Part shown: positions 45,871 through 56,812 of the stretch, one piece after another
Numbering within the stretch: position 1 is the first letter of the stretch
How the letters are laid out: the number at the start of each line of letters is the position of its first letter
Assembly (NCBI GenBank): GCA_002708315.1
Contig: PANC01000017.1
Span: 7,512-71,511 of the forward strand
Direction of reading: 5' to 3'
From: Lentimicrobiaceae bacterium
GTDB lineage: Bacteria > Bacteroidota > Bacteroidia > Bacteroidales > F082
DNA length: 64,000 nt
The notes under the pieces: generated by a model
What the model was told of the DNA's origin: nothing
Seen by the model: the letters and a program-made list of their open reading frames with translations, nothing else
The model's database searches: none
Program-made: the position numbers and the translations under genes

Positions 45871-46644
45871 TTATTTTTTAGTGCAAACTATTTGATCTTT
45901 ATATTTTAGATTTATTGTTCTATACTTATTCCAACCCTCTGTCACTAAGTTTTTCTTGTAATATGATGTGAGGTTTTCTATTTTTTGTTTTATATTGTCT
46001 GTTTTACCAAGTTTTATTATATGATTTCCGAGCATTGGTATCAAATCATATTCACCTATACTATTCACATATACCTGCCCTATCTGAGATTTTAGTAATT
46101 CATTTTTTAAGATGAGATTATTTATATGAAATACATTATTTAGAGGAGTATTGATATAAATGCTATCATAGATATTACTGCTTAATTTAATATTCATATC
46201 ACCAATATAACCACTTGCTATAATTACTCTAGGCGTGTAACGATTACTTAATGGAATGAAGTTACCATGTTTGTCCACATATAAACTTTTTCCGTCAGTG
46301 TCATAAATCCTAATAACTGGAACTTTTTCAGAAACATTTATTAAAAGTTTGCCATCCAGTGTCATATAGCTATCAACATGTTCTATATGAGGGTTTACAA
46401 TTAGTAGCTCCTCTATGCTCTCTATCTCTGCTTCCCTCAATGTTAGGGTTTGGATACTATCGATATTCCCCAACTCACTAAGAATAATGTCTGAAGAAAG
46501 AAAACCTATTTCTGTTGGTCGATATATATTTACTGTAATATCTTTTACCCAGATATCAGTATTCTCATGTTTTATTAGGACTGTAAGCGAAACTAATCCC
46601 ATTACAGCAAGGATAAATAGCACTATTTTAAATATTCTTAGCAT
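45871..46644 (-). CDS. ftsQ: Cell division protein FtsQ/DivIB-like
   Basis: It has a single N-terminal TM span followed by a POTRA-like region, and sits in the conserved dcw position between murC and ftsA. Confidence 0.7.
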   Translation of the reverse strand: MLRIFKIVLFILAVMGLVSLTVLIKHENTDIWVKDITVNIYRPTEIGFLSSDIILSELGNIDSIQTLTLREAEIESIEELLIVNPHIEHVDSYMTLDGKLLINVSEKVPVIRIYDTDGKSLYVDKHGNFIPLSNRYTPRVIIASGYIGDMNIKLSSNIYDSIYINTPLNNVFHINNLILKNELLKSQIGQVYVNSIGEYDLIPMLGNHIIKLGKTDNIKQKIENLTSYYKKNLVTEGWNKYRTINLKYKDQIVCTKK

Positions 46645-46647
46645 ATC

Positions 46648-48000
46648 TTAGTTTAAAAATAGCGTTTCGATTTCTTGGACCATTGTTCCTATATCTCCTG
46701 CACCCATTGTTATCAAAATCTCTGGTTTATTTGCTTTTAAAAATTGTATTACCTCATTTCTTTTTGAAACTGTACAATTTTTATTTGACATTTTATTTTT
46801 TATTAAACTTGAACTAACTCCTTTTATTGGTTGTTCCCTGGCTGGATAAATAGGTAATAATAATACCTCATCTAATTTGGAAAGTTCATTGGCAAATTCC
46901 TTTGCAAAATCATTTGTTCTGCTGTAAAGGTGTGGTTGGAATACTCCTGTTATTTTCTTTCCAGGGTATAGTTCTTTTATGGTTTTGATGGTGTATTTTA
47001 TTTCCTCTGGATGATGCGCATAATCATCTATATAGATTATATCACTTGATTCAACTCGGTAATCCATTCTTCTTTCCACACCTTTAAATGATTCAATACC
47101 AGATTTAATATCATCACCTGATAACCCGGTAAGATATCCAATTGACGATGCGGCAAGAGTATTCATTATATTATGTATTCCAGGAACTTGAATTCTTACC
47201 TCTGGAATCAATAATCCTTCAACCTTAATATCTATGTGGTATTTTCCATTTTTTATTTTAATATTTGTGGCAGTTGCATTGGTATCTGAATTTACTGCAT
47301 AACTCATTTTTTCGCATGATAATTTATCAAATGGACCTACCGATAAATTGTGTATTAGAGTTCCGTTTTCTTTTATACGCTGTCCAAATTCAAAAAATGT
47401 TGATTTTATATCATTGTGATCATTATAAATGTCCAAATGATCTTCATCAGTTGACGATATAACAGCTATTAAGGGATTCAGTTTAAGTAATGATCTATCA
47501 TACTCATCAGCTTCAACCAACAGATAGTTCGAGTTTTCGGATAGTATTAGATTAGAGTTGTAATTTCTACAGATGCCTCCAACAAATGCTGATACATTTA
47601 AACCAGCGCTCTTTAACATATGCGCAGTTAGGGCTGTTATACTTGTTTTACCATGAGTTCCTGCTATGGCAATGGTTCTAAACTGTTCAGTTATGAGACT
47701 TAAGAATTCCGATCTCTTGAAAATGGGTGTTTTTCTATTTCGAAAATATTTAAGCTCAATATTATTTTTTGGTATTGCAGGTGTGTAGATAACATAATCA
47801 ACGTTTTCTGGAATCATACTTGTGTTTTCTTCAAAGTGTAAAAGCATGCCTTCTTCTATTAATTCATCCGTTAGGTTTGTTGGTTGTGCATCATAACCAT
47901 AAACCACCGCCCCAAGATGTTTGCACCATCTTGCAAGTGCGCTCATACCTATTCCCCCAAGACCAATAAAGTACAATATGTCTCCACTTTTAATTGTCAT
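46648..48000 (-). CDS. murC: UDP-N-acetylmuramate--L-alanine ligase
   Basis: The ATG at 48000 gives MTIKSGDILYFIGLGGIGMSALA, and GTHGKTS follows. The 15 extra codons in the ORF track run into murG and are unlikely to be translated. Confidence 0.9.
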   Translation of the reverse strand: MTIKSGDILYFIGLGGIGMSALARWCKHLGAVVYGYDAQPTNLTDELIEEGMLLHFEENTSMIPENVDYVIYTPAIPKNNIELKYFRNRKTPIFKRSEFLSLITEQFRTIAIAGTHGKTSITALTAHMLKSAGLNVSAFVGGICRNYNSNLILSENSNYLLVEADEYDRSLLKLNPLIAVISSTDEDHLDIYNDHNDIKSTFFEFGQRIKENGTLIHNLSVGPFDKLSCEKMSYAVNSDTNATATNIKIKNGKYHIDIKVEGLLIPEVRIQVPGIHNIMNTLAASSIGYLTGLSGDDIKSGIESFKGVERRMDYRVESSDIIYIDDYAHHPEEIKYTIKTIKELYPGKKITGVFQPHLYSRTNDFAKEFANELSKLDEVLLLPIYPAREQPIKGVSSSLIKNKMSNKNCTVSKRNEVIQFLKANKPEILITMGAGDIGTMVQEIETLFLN

Positions 48001-49093
48001 CTCCAATAAGTTTAATAACCTCGTCAGCAATATCAGAGGCGGCATTTGTATAGCTAAAAGAATCTAGATTATTAATTATTTCATCTTGCAACTCACTATC
48101 TTTAACAAGGTTTTCTAATACAACAGGTAGCTTACTAATACTATGATTTTCCTCTATTAATAGTCCTGCATTTCCTTCAACTAGCGACATTGCATTCTTT
48201 GTTTGATGATCTTCTGCAGCCGAAGGCAATGGTATAAAAATTGCAGGTTTTTTTGAAGCTATTATTTCTGCAATGGCAATTGCTCCAGCTCTAGAAATGA
48301 TAAAATCACATGCAGAGTATGCCATATCCATCCTGTGTATGAATTTCCTAGCTTGAACATTTTTATATTTTGTGGTATTTTTAACTATTGTATCAAAAGA
48401 ACTATTGCCTGTTTGCCATATCAATTGAATATCCATATCTAGGATAGTTTTAATATTATACAAAATTGCCTCATTTATTTTCTGAGCTCCCTGACTTCCT
48501 CCTATTATTAGTAATGTGTTTTTATCTGAGTCTAGTCCAAAAAAGTTTAATGCTTCTTCTTTATTTATCTTATTTAGAATTTCTTTTCGGATTGGGTTTC
48601 CAGTTATTTTTAACTTATCTGGTGGAAAGAATTTTTCCATATCAGAATATGATACGCAAACCGTAGATGCATTTTTTGCAAGTAATTTATTTGTTATCCC
48701 AGGAAATGCATTTTGCTCATGAATGAGAGTTGGTATCTTCGATTTGGATGCACAATATAACAATGGCCCACTAGCATATCCACCTGTTCCAATTACTACA
48801 TTAGGTCTAAATTTGTATATGATACTTTTTGCTTTCAATAAACTTAATATTAGCTTAAATGGAAATAGTAAATTTTTTATTGTTAACCTCCTTTGTAGAC
48901 CACTTATCCATAATCCTTTTATTTGATAACCTGCCATAGGGACTTTCTCCATCTCCATGCGCCCTTTTGCACCTACGAACTGAATTTCTATATCATTTAT
49001 CTTCGATTTAAGTTCATTAGCTATTGCTATTGCTGGAAATATATGACCCCCAGTTCCACCACCACTTATGAGTATTTTGGTGCTTTTACTCAT
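47990..49093 (-). CDS. murG: Undecaprenyldiphospho-muramoylpentapeptide beta-N-acetylglucosaminyltransferase
   Basis: It has ISGGGTGGHIFPA. The ATG at 49093 (MSKSTK...) is preferred over the listed TTG at 49102. It overlaps the ftsW stop by 8 nt. Confidence 0.9.
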   Translation of the reverse strand: MSKSTKILISGGGTGGHIFPAIAIANELKSKINDIEIQFVGAKGRMEMEKVPMAGYQIKGLWISGLQRRLTIKNLLFPFKLILSLLKAKSIIYKFRPNVVIGTGGYASGPLLYCASKSKIPTLIHEQNAFPGITNKLLAKNASTVCVSYSDMEKFFPPDKLKITGNPIRKEILNKINKEEALNFFGLDSDKNTLLIIGGSQGAQKINEAILYNIKTILDMDIQLIWQTGNSSFDTIVKNTTKYKNVQARKFIHRMDMAYSACDFIISRAGAIAIAEIIASKKPAIFIPLPSAAEDHQTKNAMSLVEGNAGLLIEENHSISKLPVVLENLVKDSELQDEIINNLDSFSYTNAASDIADEVIKLIGDDN

Positions 49094-50249
49094 AAGCTTC
49101 AACAGGAGTTAAATTATCTTCATCTTTCTTATCCAATTCTTTGCTAACGCTCAATATTATGCCAATTGCCAAACTAGTAAACCATATTGAAGTACCACCC
49201 ATACTTACAAGTGGTAATGGTTGTCCTGTTGTTGGTAGTAATCCTACAGCTACTCCCATATTAATCATTGCCTGAAATACCAGACTAAATGCCACACCAA
49301 TAACAAGGAATGACCCAAAGGTACCTGGTGCTCGAGTCACAATCTTAACAGACCTAAATAGAAGGACTAAGTATAGCAGAACAACTATAATACCACCCAC
49401 CAATCCATATTCTTCAACAATAATTGCAAATATAAAATCCGAGTAAGGATGAGGAAGAAAATTTCTTTGAGTGCTATTTCCTGGCATTTTTCCTATAATA
49501 CCTCCCGTTGCAATAGCAATCTTCGCTTGCTCAATTTGATAGCTGTCGCCATCACTTTTATCTGCAAAGTCGATTATTCTTGTTTTCCAAGTACCCAATC
49601 TGCCTTGTTGACCTTCTGGTAATGAGTATAATATACCAATGCCTACCGTAGCAGCAAGAATACCAATTCCCAGCATGCTTGCTATGTAAGTAAATTTTAC
49701 TCTTCCAATAAATATTAATACCAGGGATGTAGTAAATAAAAGAGCCGCTGTGGATAAATTGTCCCAGAATATTAATCCTGTAACCAGTAAAACTGGAAAA
49801 ATTATTGGAACAAAGGCAGATTTGAAATCATTTATTTGATCTTGTTTTTTAGTAAGCATTCTAGCCAGATAAATAATCAGAGTTATTTTAGCTAAGTCGG
49901 ATGTTTGAAATGTTAAACCAAATGGTAATGGTAAAACTCTGCGTGCTTCATTAAGGTTTAATCCAAAAAATAGCGTTATAAAAAGTAGCGGAATCGCGAT
50001 GTACAAAGCAATTTGAAAAATACGTGAATAATATGTGTATTTAACAATGTGGGCTAGGTACATAAGAACTAGTCCCAGGAACAGGATTAAACCATGCTTC
50101 AGCATATAGTATTCAGTATTACCACCTTGATATTTATACGCAAGAGTTCCAGTTGAGCTATATACCGCTAGGAATGACATCATAGACAGTAGAAATACGA
50201 TTGCCCATATTACTTTATCACCTTTTATATTTCTAAGCGAAAAACCCAT
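49086..50249 (-). CDS. ftsW: FtsW/RodA/SpoVE (SEDS) family peptidoglycan polymerase, dcw copy
   Basis: It has about 10 TM spans and the C-terminal GLLPTTGQPLPLVSMGGTS SEDS signature, in the dcw position. Confidence 0.9.
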   Translation of the reverse strand: MGFSLRNIKGDKVIWAIVFLLSMMSFLAVYSSTGTLAYKYQGGNTEYYMLKHGLILFLGLVLMYLAHIVKYTYYSRIFQIALYIAIPLLFITLFFGLNLNEARRVLPLPFGLTFQTSDLAKITLIIYLARMLTKKQDQINDFKSAFVPIIFPVLLVTGLIFWDNLSTAALLFTTSLVLIFIGRVKFTYIASMLGIGILAATVGIGILYSLPEGQQGRLGTWKTRIIDFADKSDGDSYQIEQAKIAIATGGIIGKMPGNSTQRNFLPHPYSDFIFAIIVEEYGLVGGIIVVLLYLVLLFRSVKIVTRAPGTFGSFLVIGVAFSLVFQAMINMGVAVGLLPTTGQPLPLVSMGGTSIWFTSLAIGIILSVSKELDKKDEDNLTPVEAYE

Positions 50250-50252
50250 TGG

Positions 50253-51599
50253 TTATAATTCTTTTACTGCTTTTTTAAATTGATTACCTCTGTCTTCATA
50301 ATTCTCAAATAGGTCGAAACTAGCACATGAAGGTGATAGTAAAACTACATCTTCCTTTGCGGCAAACTCATATGCTTTTCTTACGGCATCCGAAGTATTA
50401 TTTGTGTCTACAATTATGTCTACAATGTTTCCAAAAGTATCATGAATTGGTGCGTTATTATCACCTAGGCAAACAATAGCTTTTACTTTACTTTTAACAA
50501 GATCAATCAAAATAGAATAATCATTACCCTTATCTTGGCCACCAGCAATCCATATGATCGGCTTGTCATAGTACTCCAATGCATACCAGGTTGCATTTAC
50601 ATTTGTTGCTTTAGAATCGTTTATGAAACTTATGCCATGGACGCTGGAAACATATTCAAGTCGATGAGCAACATTATGAAAATCTGAAAGACACTGTTTT
50701 AGAGTTTCTCTTCTTATATCCATCAACTTTGCTGCAACACCTGCGGCCATTGAGTTGTAGACGTTATGCTTACCTTGTAATGCCAATTGTTCTAAAGTCA
50801 TATTAATACTGGTTTTATTATCAATGATTTCTATTTCGTTATTTTTTAAAAATGCGCCTTGATTTCTATTATTTTCCATTAAGCTTATTGGATAGAGTTG
50901 CGATGGGATGTTCCCCTCTGAAACTCTGTTGGCAATAACCTTATCGTCGATGTTAAAGATCAAGGCATCCTCTTTTGATTGATTTTGAAAGATTCTAAAC
51001 TTAGATTCTGCATATTTTTCAAAGCTGAAGTTGTACCTGTCAAGGTGGTCTGGGGTTATGTTTAATAATATTGCAATGTTTGCTTTGGTGTTAAACATAC
51101 CGTCAAGCTGAAAGCTGCTTATCTCAAGAACATAGTAGTCGTAGTCATAATTTGCTACCTGCTTTGCAAAGCTTTCACCCAAATTACCACCCACACCAAC
51201 ATTCAACCCTGCAGTTTTTAGCATATGAAAAATCAACAATGTTGTAGTTGTTTTACCATTGGATCCTGTTATCATAATAAGCTTAGCATTAGTATACCTT
51301 GCAGCAAATTCTATTTCAGAAATTATAGGAATTTCATTTTTTGCAAGGCTTATCACGATTGGTATATCATCTGGAATACCTGGGCTCTTGATGACTTCTT
51401 TAGCTTCCATAATAAGCTCCTCAGAATGTCCTAGCTCCTCAAAATCAATTTCATTATTTATAAGAACGTCTTTATAATTATTGGATATCTTTCCGTTATC
51501 ACTAACAAATACAGATACCTTATTTTTTTTGGCTAGAATAGCAGCTCCAACGCCACTTTCTCCAGCTCCAAGTACAACTATTTGGTAATGTGTATTCAT
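50253..51599 (-). CDS. murD: UDP-N-acetylmuramoylalanine--D-glutamate ligase
   Basis: It has VLGAGESGVGAA and GSNGKTTT, in the dcw position between mraY and ftsW. Confidence 0.9.
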   Translation of the reverse strand: MNTHYQIVVLGAGESGVGAAILAKKNKVSVFVSDNGKISNNYKDVLINNEIDFEELGHSEELIMEAKEVIKSPGIPDDIPIVISLAKNEIPIISEIEFAARYTNAKLIMITGSNGKTTTTLLIFHMLKTAGLNVGVGGNLGESFAKQVANYDYDYYVLEISSFQLDGMFNTKANIAILLNITPDHLDRYNFSFEKYAESKFRIFQNQSKEDALIFNIDDKVIANRVSEGNIPSQLYPISLMENNRNQGAFLKNNEIEIIDNKTSINMTLEQLALQGKHNVYNSMAAGVAAKLMDIRRETLKQCLSDFHNVAHRLEYVSSVHGISFINDSKATNVNATWYALEYYDKPIIWIAGGQDKGNDYSILIDLVKSKVKAIVCLGDNNAPIHDTFGNIVDIIVDTNNTSDAVRKAYEFAAKEDVVLLSPSCASFDLFENYEDRGNQFKKAVKEL

Positions 51600-51611
51600 T
51601 TGTTTTTTTCA

Positions 51612-52850
51612 TTACCTAAGTTTGAGAGTTATTATTGTTAATACCGCTAGAAAAATTCCAACTATTAAGAACCGCTGAACAATTTTTGGCTCTGGATATC
51701 CAAGTTTTTGAAAATGATGATGAAGGGGCGACATTTTAAATACCCTAATTCCCTCACCATACTTTTTTCTAGTATGTTTGAAATAAGTTACCTGAATGAT
51801 TACTGATAGACTCTCTGCTAGAAAAATTCCACATAATATGGGGATCAATAATTCCTTTCGGATTATTATTGCAAACACTGCTATAATACCACCTATTGCT
51901 AAGCTACCTGTGTCACCCATGAATACCTGGGCAGGATAAGTGTTGTACCACAAGAAGCCTACGGTAGCGCCCACAAATGCACTTATGAATATGGTAAGCT
52001 CTCCAGCGTTTGGGAGATACATAATATTAAGATAGTCTGCAAAGATTATATTACCAGACACCCATGCGAGCAGGCCAAGAGTAAGTCCAATAACTGCTGA
52101 CGTGCCCGTAGCAAGACCATCCATTCCATCCGTTAGGTTTGCTCCATTTGAGACAGCTACAATAATGAAAATGACTATTGGTATAAATATTAGAAATGCC
52201 CATTTTTTGTATCCTGAACCAAGCCAACTCAATAAGCTTGAATATTCAAATTCATTGTTTTTAAAAAAAGGAATAGTGGTTTTAGTAGATCTTTCCTCTG
52301 TTATGGAAAACTTTGAAGTTGTCTGATCATCGCCTATGGTTGTAACTATTTGTGATTCTACAGGTGCTTTTTCACGAACAACAATGTCAGTATTAAAATA
52401 CATAACAAGACCTACAATCAGCCCTAGTATTACCTGACCTATTACCTTATATTTACCCTTTAGCCCTTGCTTATTCCTTTTAAATACTTTTATATAGTCA
52501 TCAGCAAATCCAATTCCTCCAAGCCATACAGTTGTAAATATCATTAGCAGTATGTATATGTTTTCCAACTTTGCGAATAGGATAACAGGCACTAAAATAG
52601 ATGTTAGGATTATGAGACCTCCCATGGTAGGTGTTCCTTGTTTTTCTAGCTGACCTTCTAGCCCCAAGTCTCGAATGGTTTCGCCCACTTGCCTCTTGTT
52701 AAGGAATGATATCCACCTTCTTCCAAAAAACAGACTTATAATTAGCGATGTGATTATGGCCATTGCAGATCTGAATGACAAATATTCGAAAACACCGGCT
52801 CCGGGAAAGTTAAATGCTGCATCAAGATATTTGAATAAGTAATAAAGCAT
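51612..52850 (-). CDS. mraY: Phospho-N-acetylmuramoyl-pentapeptide transferase
   Basis: It has [30 protein letters not shown] and SPLHHH motifs. Confidence 0.95.
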   Translation of the reverse strand: MLYYLFKYLDAAFNFPGAGVFEYLSFRSAMAIITSLIISLFFGRRWISFLNKRQVGETIRDLGLEGQLEKQGTPTMGGLIILTSILVPVILFAKLENIYILLMIFTTVWLGGIGFADDYIKVFKRNKQGLKGKYKVIGQVILGLIVGLVMYFNTDIVVREKAPVESQIVTTIGDDQTTSKFSITEERSTKTTIPFFKNNEFEYSSLLSWLGSGYKKWAFLIFIPIVIFIIVAVSNGANLTDGMDGLATGTSAVIGLTLGLLAWVSGNIIFADYLNIMYLPNAGELTIFISAFVGATVGFLWYNTYPAQVFMGDTGSLAIGGIIAVFAIIIRKELLIPILCGIFLAESLSVIIQVTYFKHTRKKYGEGIRVFKMSPLHHHFQKLGYPEPKIVQRFLIVGIFLAVLTIITLKLR

Positions 52851-52854
52851 ATTA

Positions 52855-54312
52855 TCAGTTATTTTCCATTAGTTCAGTAATTACTTGTTTATCATCAAAA
52901 GGATATCTAATACCACTAATCTCTTGGTACTTTTCATGTCCCTTACCCGCGATTAGAATAATATCGCCTGGCCTAGCTATATTAAAAGCCGTCCTTATGG
53001 CCTCCTTCCTATCAGTAATCATCATGGTTGTATTCTTTTTTGCGGGATCAATACCTATTTTCATATCATTTAATATGTCTTTAGGATTTTCATTGCGTGG
53101 ATTATCTGAAGTAAGAATAACCCTTGTGCTAAGTAACGATGCTACATTTGCCATAATAGGGCGCTTTGTTTTATCGCGATTTCCACCTGCCCCAACAACA
53201 GTTATTAATTCTTCATTTTGAGTTCTTATGGAGTTGATAGTTTTAAGTACATTTTCCAAGGCATCTGGAGTATGAGCATAATCTATGATTGCAATTATTC
53301 CAGTTTGTGATTTTATTAAATCAAATCTTCCTTCGGCTCCTTTTAGTTTACTGAGGCTTATTAGCACTTCATTTTTCTCCTGATTCAGGAGCATTGCAGT
53401 GGCATAAACCGCAAGCAGATTGTAAGCGTTAAAGTTTCCAGGTATTAAAGAATAAACATCTTCTCCATCAATCTTTAGCATCATACCCTCAAACCCATTC
53501 TCAATAATCTTACCCTTGAATTTTGCAATACTTTTAATGCCATAGGTGTATTTGGATGACTTAGTATTTTGTAACATCACAGACCCGTTCTTATCATCCG
53601 AGTTTGTAAGTGAAAATGCATCTGCTGATAAGGAATCAAAGAAATACTTCTTGGCGTTAATATAAGCTTTGAAAGATCCATGATAATCCAAGTGCTCATG
53701 TGTAATATTTGTAAATAATCCTCCTGAAAACCTAATGCCTGAAATTCTTTGTTGAGCCACTGCGTGAGAGCTAACCTCCATAAAAGCGTATTCACATCCT
53801 GCATCTACCATTTTTGCCAAAAGGCTATTCAATGATATTGAATCAGGAGTAGTATGGGTGCTTTCTAAAATAGTATCGTTTATGACATTATGAATAGTTG
53901 AAATAAGCCCTACCCCATATCCTAAGTCTTTGAACAATTGGTACAATAGTGTAGCTATAGTTGTTTTACCATTGGTACCTGTAATCCCAACTAATTGTAT
54001 TTTTTCAGTAGGGTTATCATAGAAATTAGCACTTATGAAACCAAGTGCTTTGGCACTATTTTTAGATACGGCATATGTTACAGCCTCATTAATATTCATT
54101 GGTAATTCATTGCATACTACAGCAATAGCTCCATTGGAAATGGCCATTTCAATAAAGTCATGCCCATCAACCTGAGTGCCCTTTACAGCTATAAAAAGAG
54201 ATCCTTTTATAACCTTCCTAGAGTCAAACTCAATGGTAGATATATTAATATCTATTGATCCATTTATCTCAGTTATTCCACTACGGTATAATATGTCCTG
54301 AAGTTTTTTCAA
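52855..54312 (-). CDS. murE: UDP-N-acetylmuramoyl-L-alanyl-D-glutamate--2,6-diaminopimelate ligase
   Basis: It has GTNGKTT and the DNPR motif (TSDNPRNE), which is diagnostic of meso-DAP-adding MurE. The start is a forced TTG at 54312, five codons after an in-frame TAA. Confidence 0.9.
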   Translation of the reverse strand: MKKLQDILYRSGITEINGSIDINISTIEFDSRKVIKGSLFIAVKGTQVDGHDFIEMAISNGAIAVVCNELPMNINEAVTYAVSKNSAKALGFISANFYDNPTEKIQLVGITGTNGKTTIATLLYQLFKDLGYGVGLISTIHNVINDTILESTHTTPDSISLNSLLAKMVDAGCEYAFMEVSSHAVAQQRISGIRFSGGLFTNITHEHLDYHGSFKAYINAKKYFFDSLSADAFSLTNSDDKNGSVMLQNTKSSKYTYGIKSIAKFKGKIIENGFEGMMLKIDGEDVYSLIPGNFNAYNLLAVYATAMLLNQEKNEVLISLSKLKGAEGRFDLIKSQTGIIAIIDYAHTPDALENVLKTINSIRTQNEELITVVGAGGNRDKTKRPIMANVASLLSTRVILTSDNPRNENPKDILNDMKIGIDPAKKNTTMMITDRKEAIRTAFNIARPGDIILIAGKGHEKYQEISGIRYPFDDKQVITELMENN

Positions 54313-54317
54313 ATTAT

Positions 54318-56429
54318 TTAATAGTTACCGAGTTGTAGATATATATTAGTGTTTTCTCCTATTTTTTTTCCAGCCCTTATTGACTGTTTTTTAACTTTTC
54401 CTCTTCCAGAAATATTTGTACTAATACCCATATTTTCCAAAAGAAATACAGCATCCTTAGCATTCATGCCGATTACATTTGGGATCCTATTATCACTGAA
54501 TACTATTTCTGTTATGTAATTTTCATTATTATCTTTTTTTGCCCATACTCCTGTTATGGGAAGGTTTACATCAGTTTCTATATTTAGAGAAGTGTAAATA
54601 GACTCTAGGTCATTTAGCCAAATTGCTTTTTTTGGTATTGGAATAATTAGGCTATCTGATGGCAAATCAGAATTATATTCATCGGCAACAATTGTGGAGT
54701 ATAAAACATCTGCGATTTCTCTAAAAACAGGTGCTGCAACGCTTCCTCCGTAATATTTTCCAGCACTTGGATTGTTAACAACAACTATCATTGAATACTT
54801 TGGATTATCTGCTGGAAAATATCCCACAAATGAAGCATTATAGTTGCGCTTGTTGTATTTACCTCCGGTTGCAATCTGTGCTGTTCCCGTTTTGCCTGCA
54901 GCCTTGTATGGACTGTTCTTAAAAACCCTCTTTGCGGTTCCTCTTTCAACAACCCCTTCCAATAGTGACTTTGCAGAATCTATTGTTTGTTTGGATGCAA
55001 GTTGGTCGTTAATTATTACAGTCTCAAACTCCTCAATAATTGCACCACCCTCTTTTATGGATGTCACAAGCATTGGCTTTACCATTGTACCATCATTGGC
55101 AACAGCATTGTAGTATGTAAGAGTCTGCATTGGTGTGACCATAAGCTCATAGCCTATTGACATCCATGGCAATGAAGTGCCATACCAGAATTTTTTATTT
55201 GAGGGGTGTTTGATTAATGGTTTACCTTCTCCTTTTATCCTAAAACCAAGAGGTTCGTTTATGGAAAAGGAGTAAAGCCTGTCGATATAATCTGAGGGAT
55301 TTTCCTTGTAAGAGTTATAGATTATTCTCGAAATACCAACATTTGACGAATGTTCAAAAGCATCTCTCACTGTAACCCTACCATTTCCAATTTTGTGCAC
55401 ATCTTTCATTTCACGATTATAGTATCTAGTATATCCCTCGCCTGTTACAAGACTATCCGTCAGCTTCACCTTTTCATCCTCTAAAGCTGCTAGTATAGAT
55501 GCAAGTTTAAATGTGGAACCAGGCTCAATACTTTCTCCTATTGCATAATTGTATGTTTCCTTGTATTTTAAATCAGAGCTGTCATATCTGAGGTTAGCAA
55601 TGGCGATAATATGTCCAGTATTAACTTCCATTACCACAGCGCAGCCTTGGAAAGCTCTATGTTTTAGTAGCTCCGCCAGTAATGATGACGTGGCTACATC
55701 TTGGATGTGAACATCTATGGTTGAAACTATATCTAGTCCATCTTTAGGTTCTACTTCATTTTCATCATGAATAGGTATCCAGTCACCATGGTTAATACGA
55801 CGCATAACCATTTTACCATTTTTACCAGTTAGGATGCTTGTGTATGCTCCTTCCATGCCAACAAAAAGGTTTTCTTTTTGATTAACATAGCCAATGGTTC
55901 TCGCAGCTAATTCATTATAAGGCTTCGCCCTTTTTGTTTTTTGAATTGCAATAAGCCCTCCCTTGTATTTCCCAAGTCTGAGTATGGGAAGGTTTTTGAT
56001 ATTTGTCAATTGATCATAGTTTGCTCGACGGGTAATTAGAAAATATCTGTTCCCATTGTTTCTTGCTTTAACAAGATTTTGTTTGATTTTCGATATGGGT
56101 TTGTTTAAGATAAATGCTAATCCATTTGCAATAGAATCAATTTTGCTTTTAAATAATTTGTCAGATATGTGAGGAGATGAAACATCAAAGCGGACTTCAA
56201 ATATTGGAACTGATGTGGCTAGAAGACTGCCATTTTTATCAAGAATATTACCACGTGATGCTTCCAAGTCAAAAACCTTTAGCTCTTGATTTTGAGCTTT
56301 TGCACTTAACTTTGGACCCTCCTCTATTTGTATGTATAATATTTTAGCAACAATAGCGAATGCAAAGACCAATACACAGAAATATACCAAGTAAACACGC
56401 CATAATATGTCTTTCTTTGGATCTGTCAT
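54318..56429 (-). CDS. ftsI: Class B penicillin-binding protein (FtsI/PBP3-like) with C-terminal PASTA domain
   Basis: It has an N-terminal TM span, the transpeptidase motifs STFK, SSN and KTGT, and a C-terminal ~65-aa PASTA-like domain (IPNVIGMNAKDAVFLLENMGI...). Confidence 0.9.
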   Translation of the reverse strand: MTDPKKDILWRVYLVYFCVLVFAFAIVAKILYIQIEEGPKLSAKAQNQELKVFDLEASRGNILDKNGSLLATSVPIFEVRFDVSSPHISDKLFKSKIDSIANGLAFILNKPISKIKQNLVKARNNGNRYFLITRRANYDQLTNIKNLPILRLGKYKGGLIAIQKTKRAKPYNELAARTIGYVNQKENLFVGMEGAYTSILTGKNGKMVMRRINHGDWIPIHDENEVEPKDGLDIVSTIDVHIQDVATSSLLAELLKHRAFQGCAVVMEVNTGHIIAIANLRYDSSDLKYKETYNYAIGESIEPGSTFKLASILAALEDEKVKLTDSLVTGEGYTRYYNREMKDVHKIGNGRVTVRDAFEHSSNVGISRIIYNSYKENPSDYIDRLYSFSINEPLGFRIKGEGKPLIKHPSNKKFWYGTSLPWMSIGYELMVTPMQTLTYYNAVANDGTMVKPMLVTSIKEGGAIIEEFETVIINDQLASKQTIDSAKSLLEGVVERGTAKRVFKNSPYKAAGKTGTAQIATGGKYNKRNYNASFVGYFPADNPKYSMIVVVNNPSAGKYYGGSVAAPVFREIADVLYSTIVADEYNSDLPSDSLIIPIPKKAIWLNDLESIYTSLNIETDVNLPITGVWAKKDNNENYITEIVFSDNRIPNVIGMNAKDAVFLLENMGISTNISGRGKVKKQSIRAGKKIGENTNIYLQLGNY

Positions 56430-56812
56430 TTTACATTTATGGTTTTTACTGGTTGTTTGTTTTTCTTAATTCCTTTTTTTTCTAATTTTCCAGCTATCTG
56501 TGATTGCTTTTCTATGTGCATCAGCTGAGTTTTAACGTGTATGTATTGATATCTCAGCTCTTTTAATTCTTTTCTAAGCTTATTTATTTCACGAATGTTA
56601 TTTTCAGCGTAATAATTATTTGCTATGTATATAAATGCCAGAAATGATAGAAAGATTAGGTAGCGAAAGAATTTGAAGGTACCAGTTGATATTATTGAGC
56701 CACCAAGTACATTCTTCAATGCATCTCCTACTTTACTATCCTTAAAAACAGTTTTTGCAGACTGCTTCTTTTTTTCGGATGCATTAATTATTTTATTTGA
56801 TTTTGGTGACAT
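56426..56812 (-). CDS. ftsL: FtsL-like cell division protein
   Basis: 128 aa, bitopic (FRYLIFLSFLAFIYIANNYYA), followed by a coiled-coil heptad region. It sits in the conserved slot between rsmH and ftsI, with 4-nt and 1-nt overlaps with its neighbours. Confidence 0.7.
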   Translation of the reverse strand: MSPKSNKIINASEKKKQSAKTVFKDSKVGDALKNVLGGSIISTGTFKFFRYLIFLSFLAFIYIANNYYAENNIREINKLRKELKELRYQYIHVKTQLMHIEKQSQIAGKLEKKGIKKNKQPVKTINVK

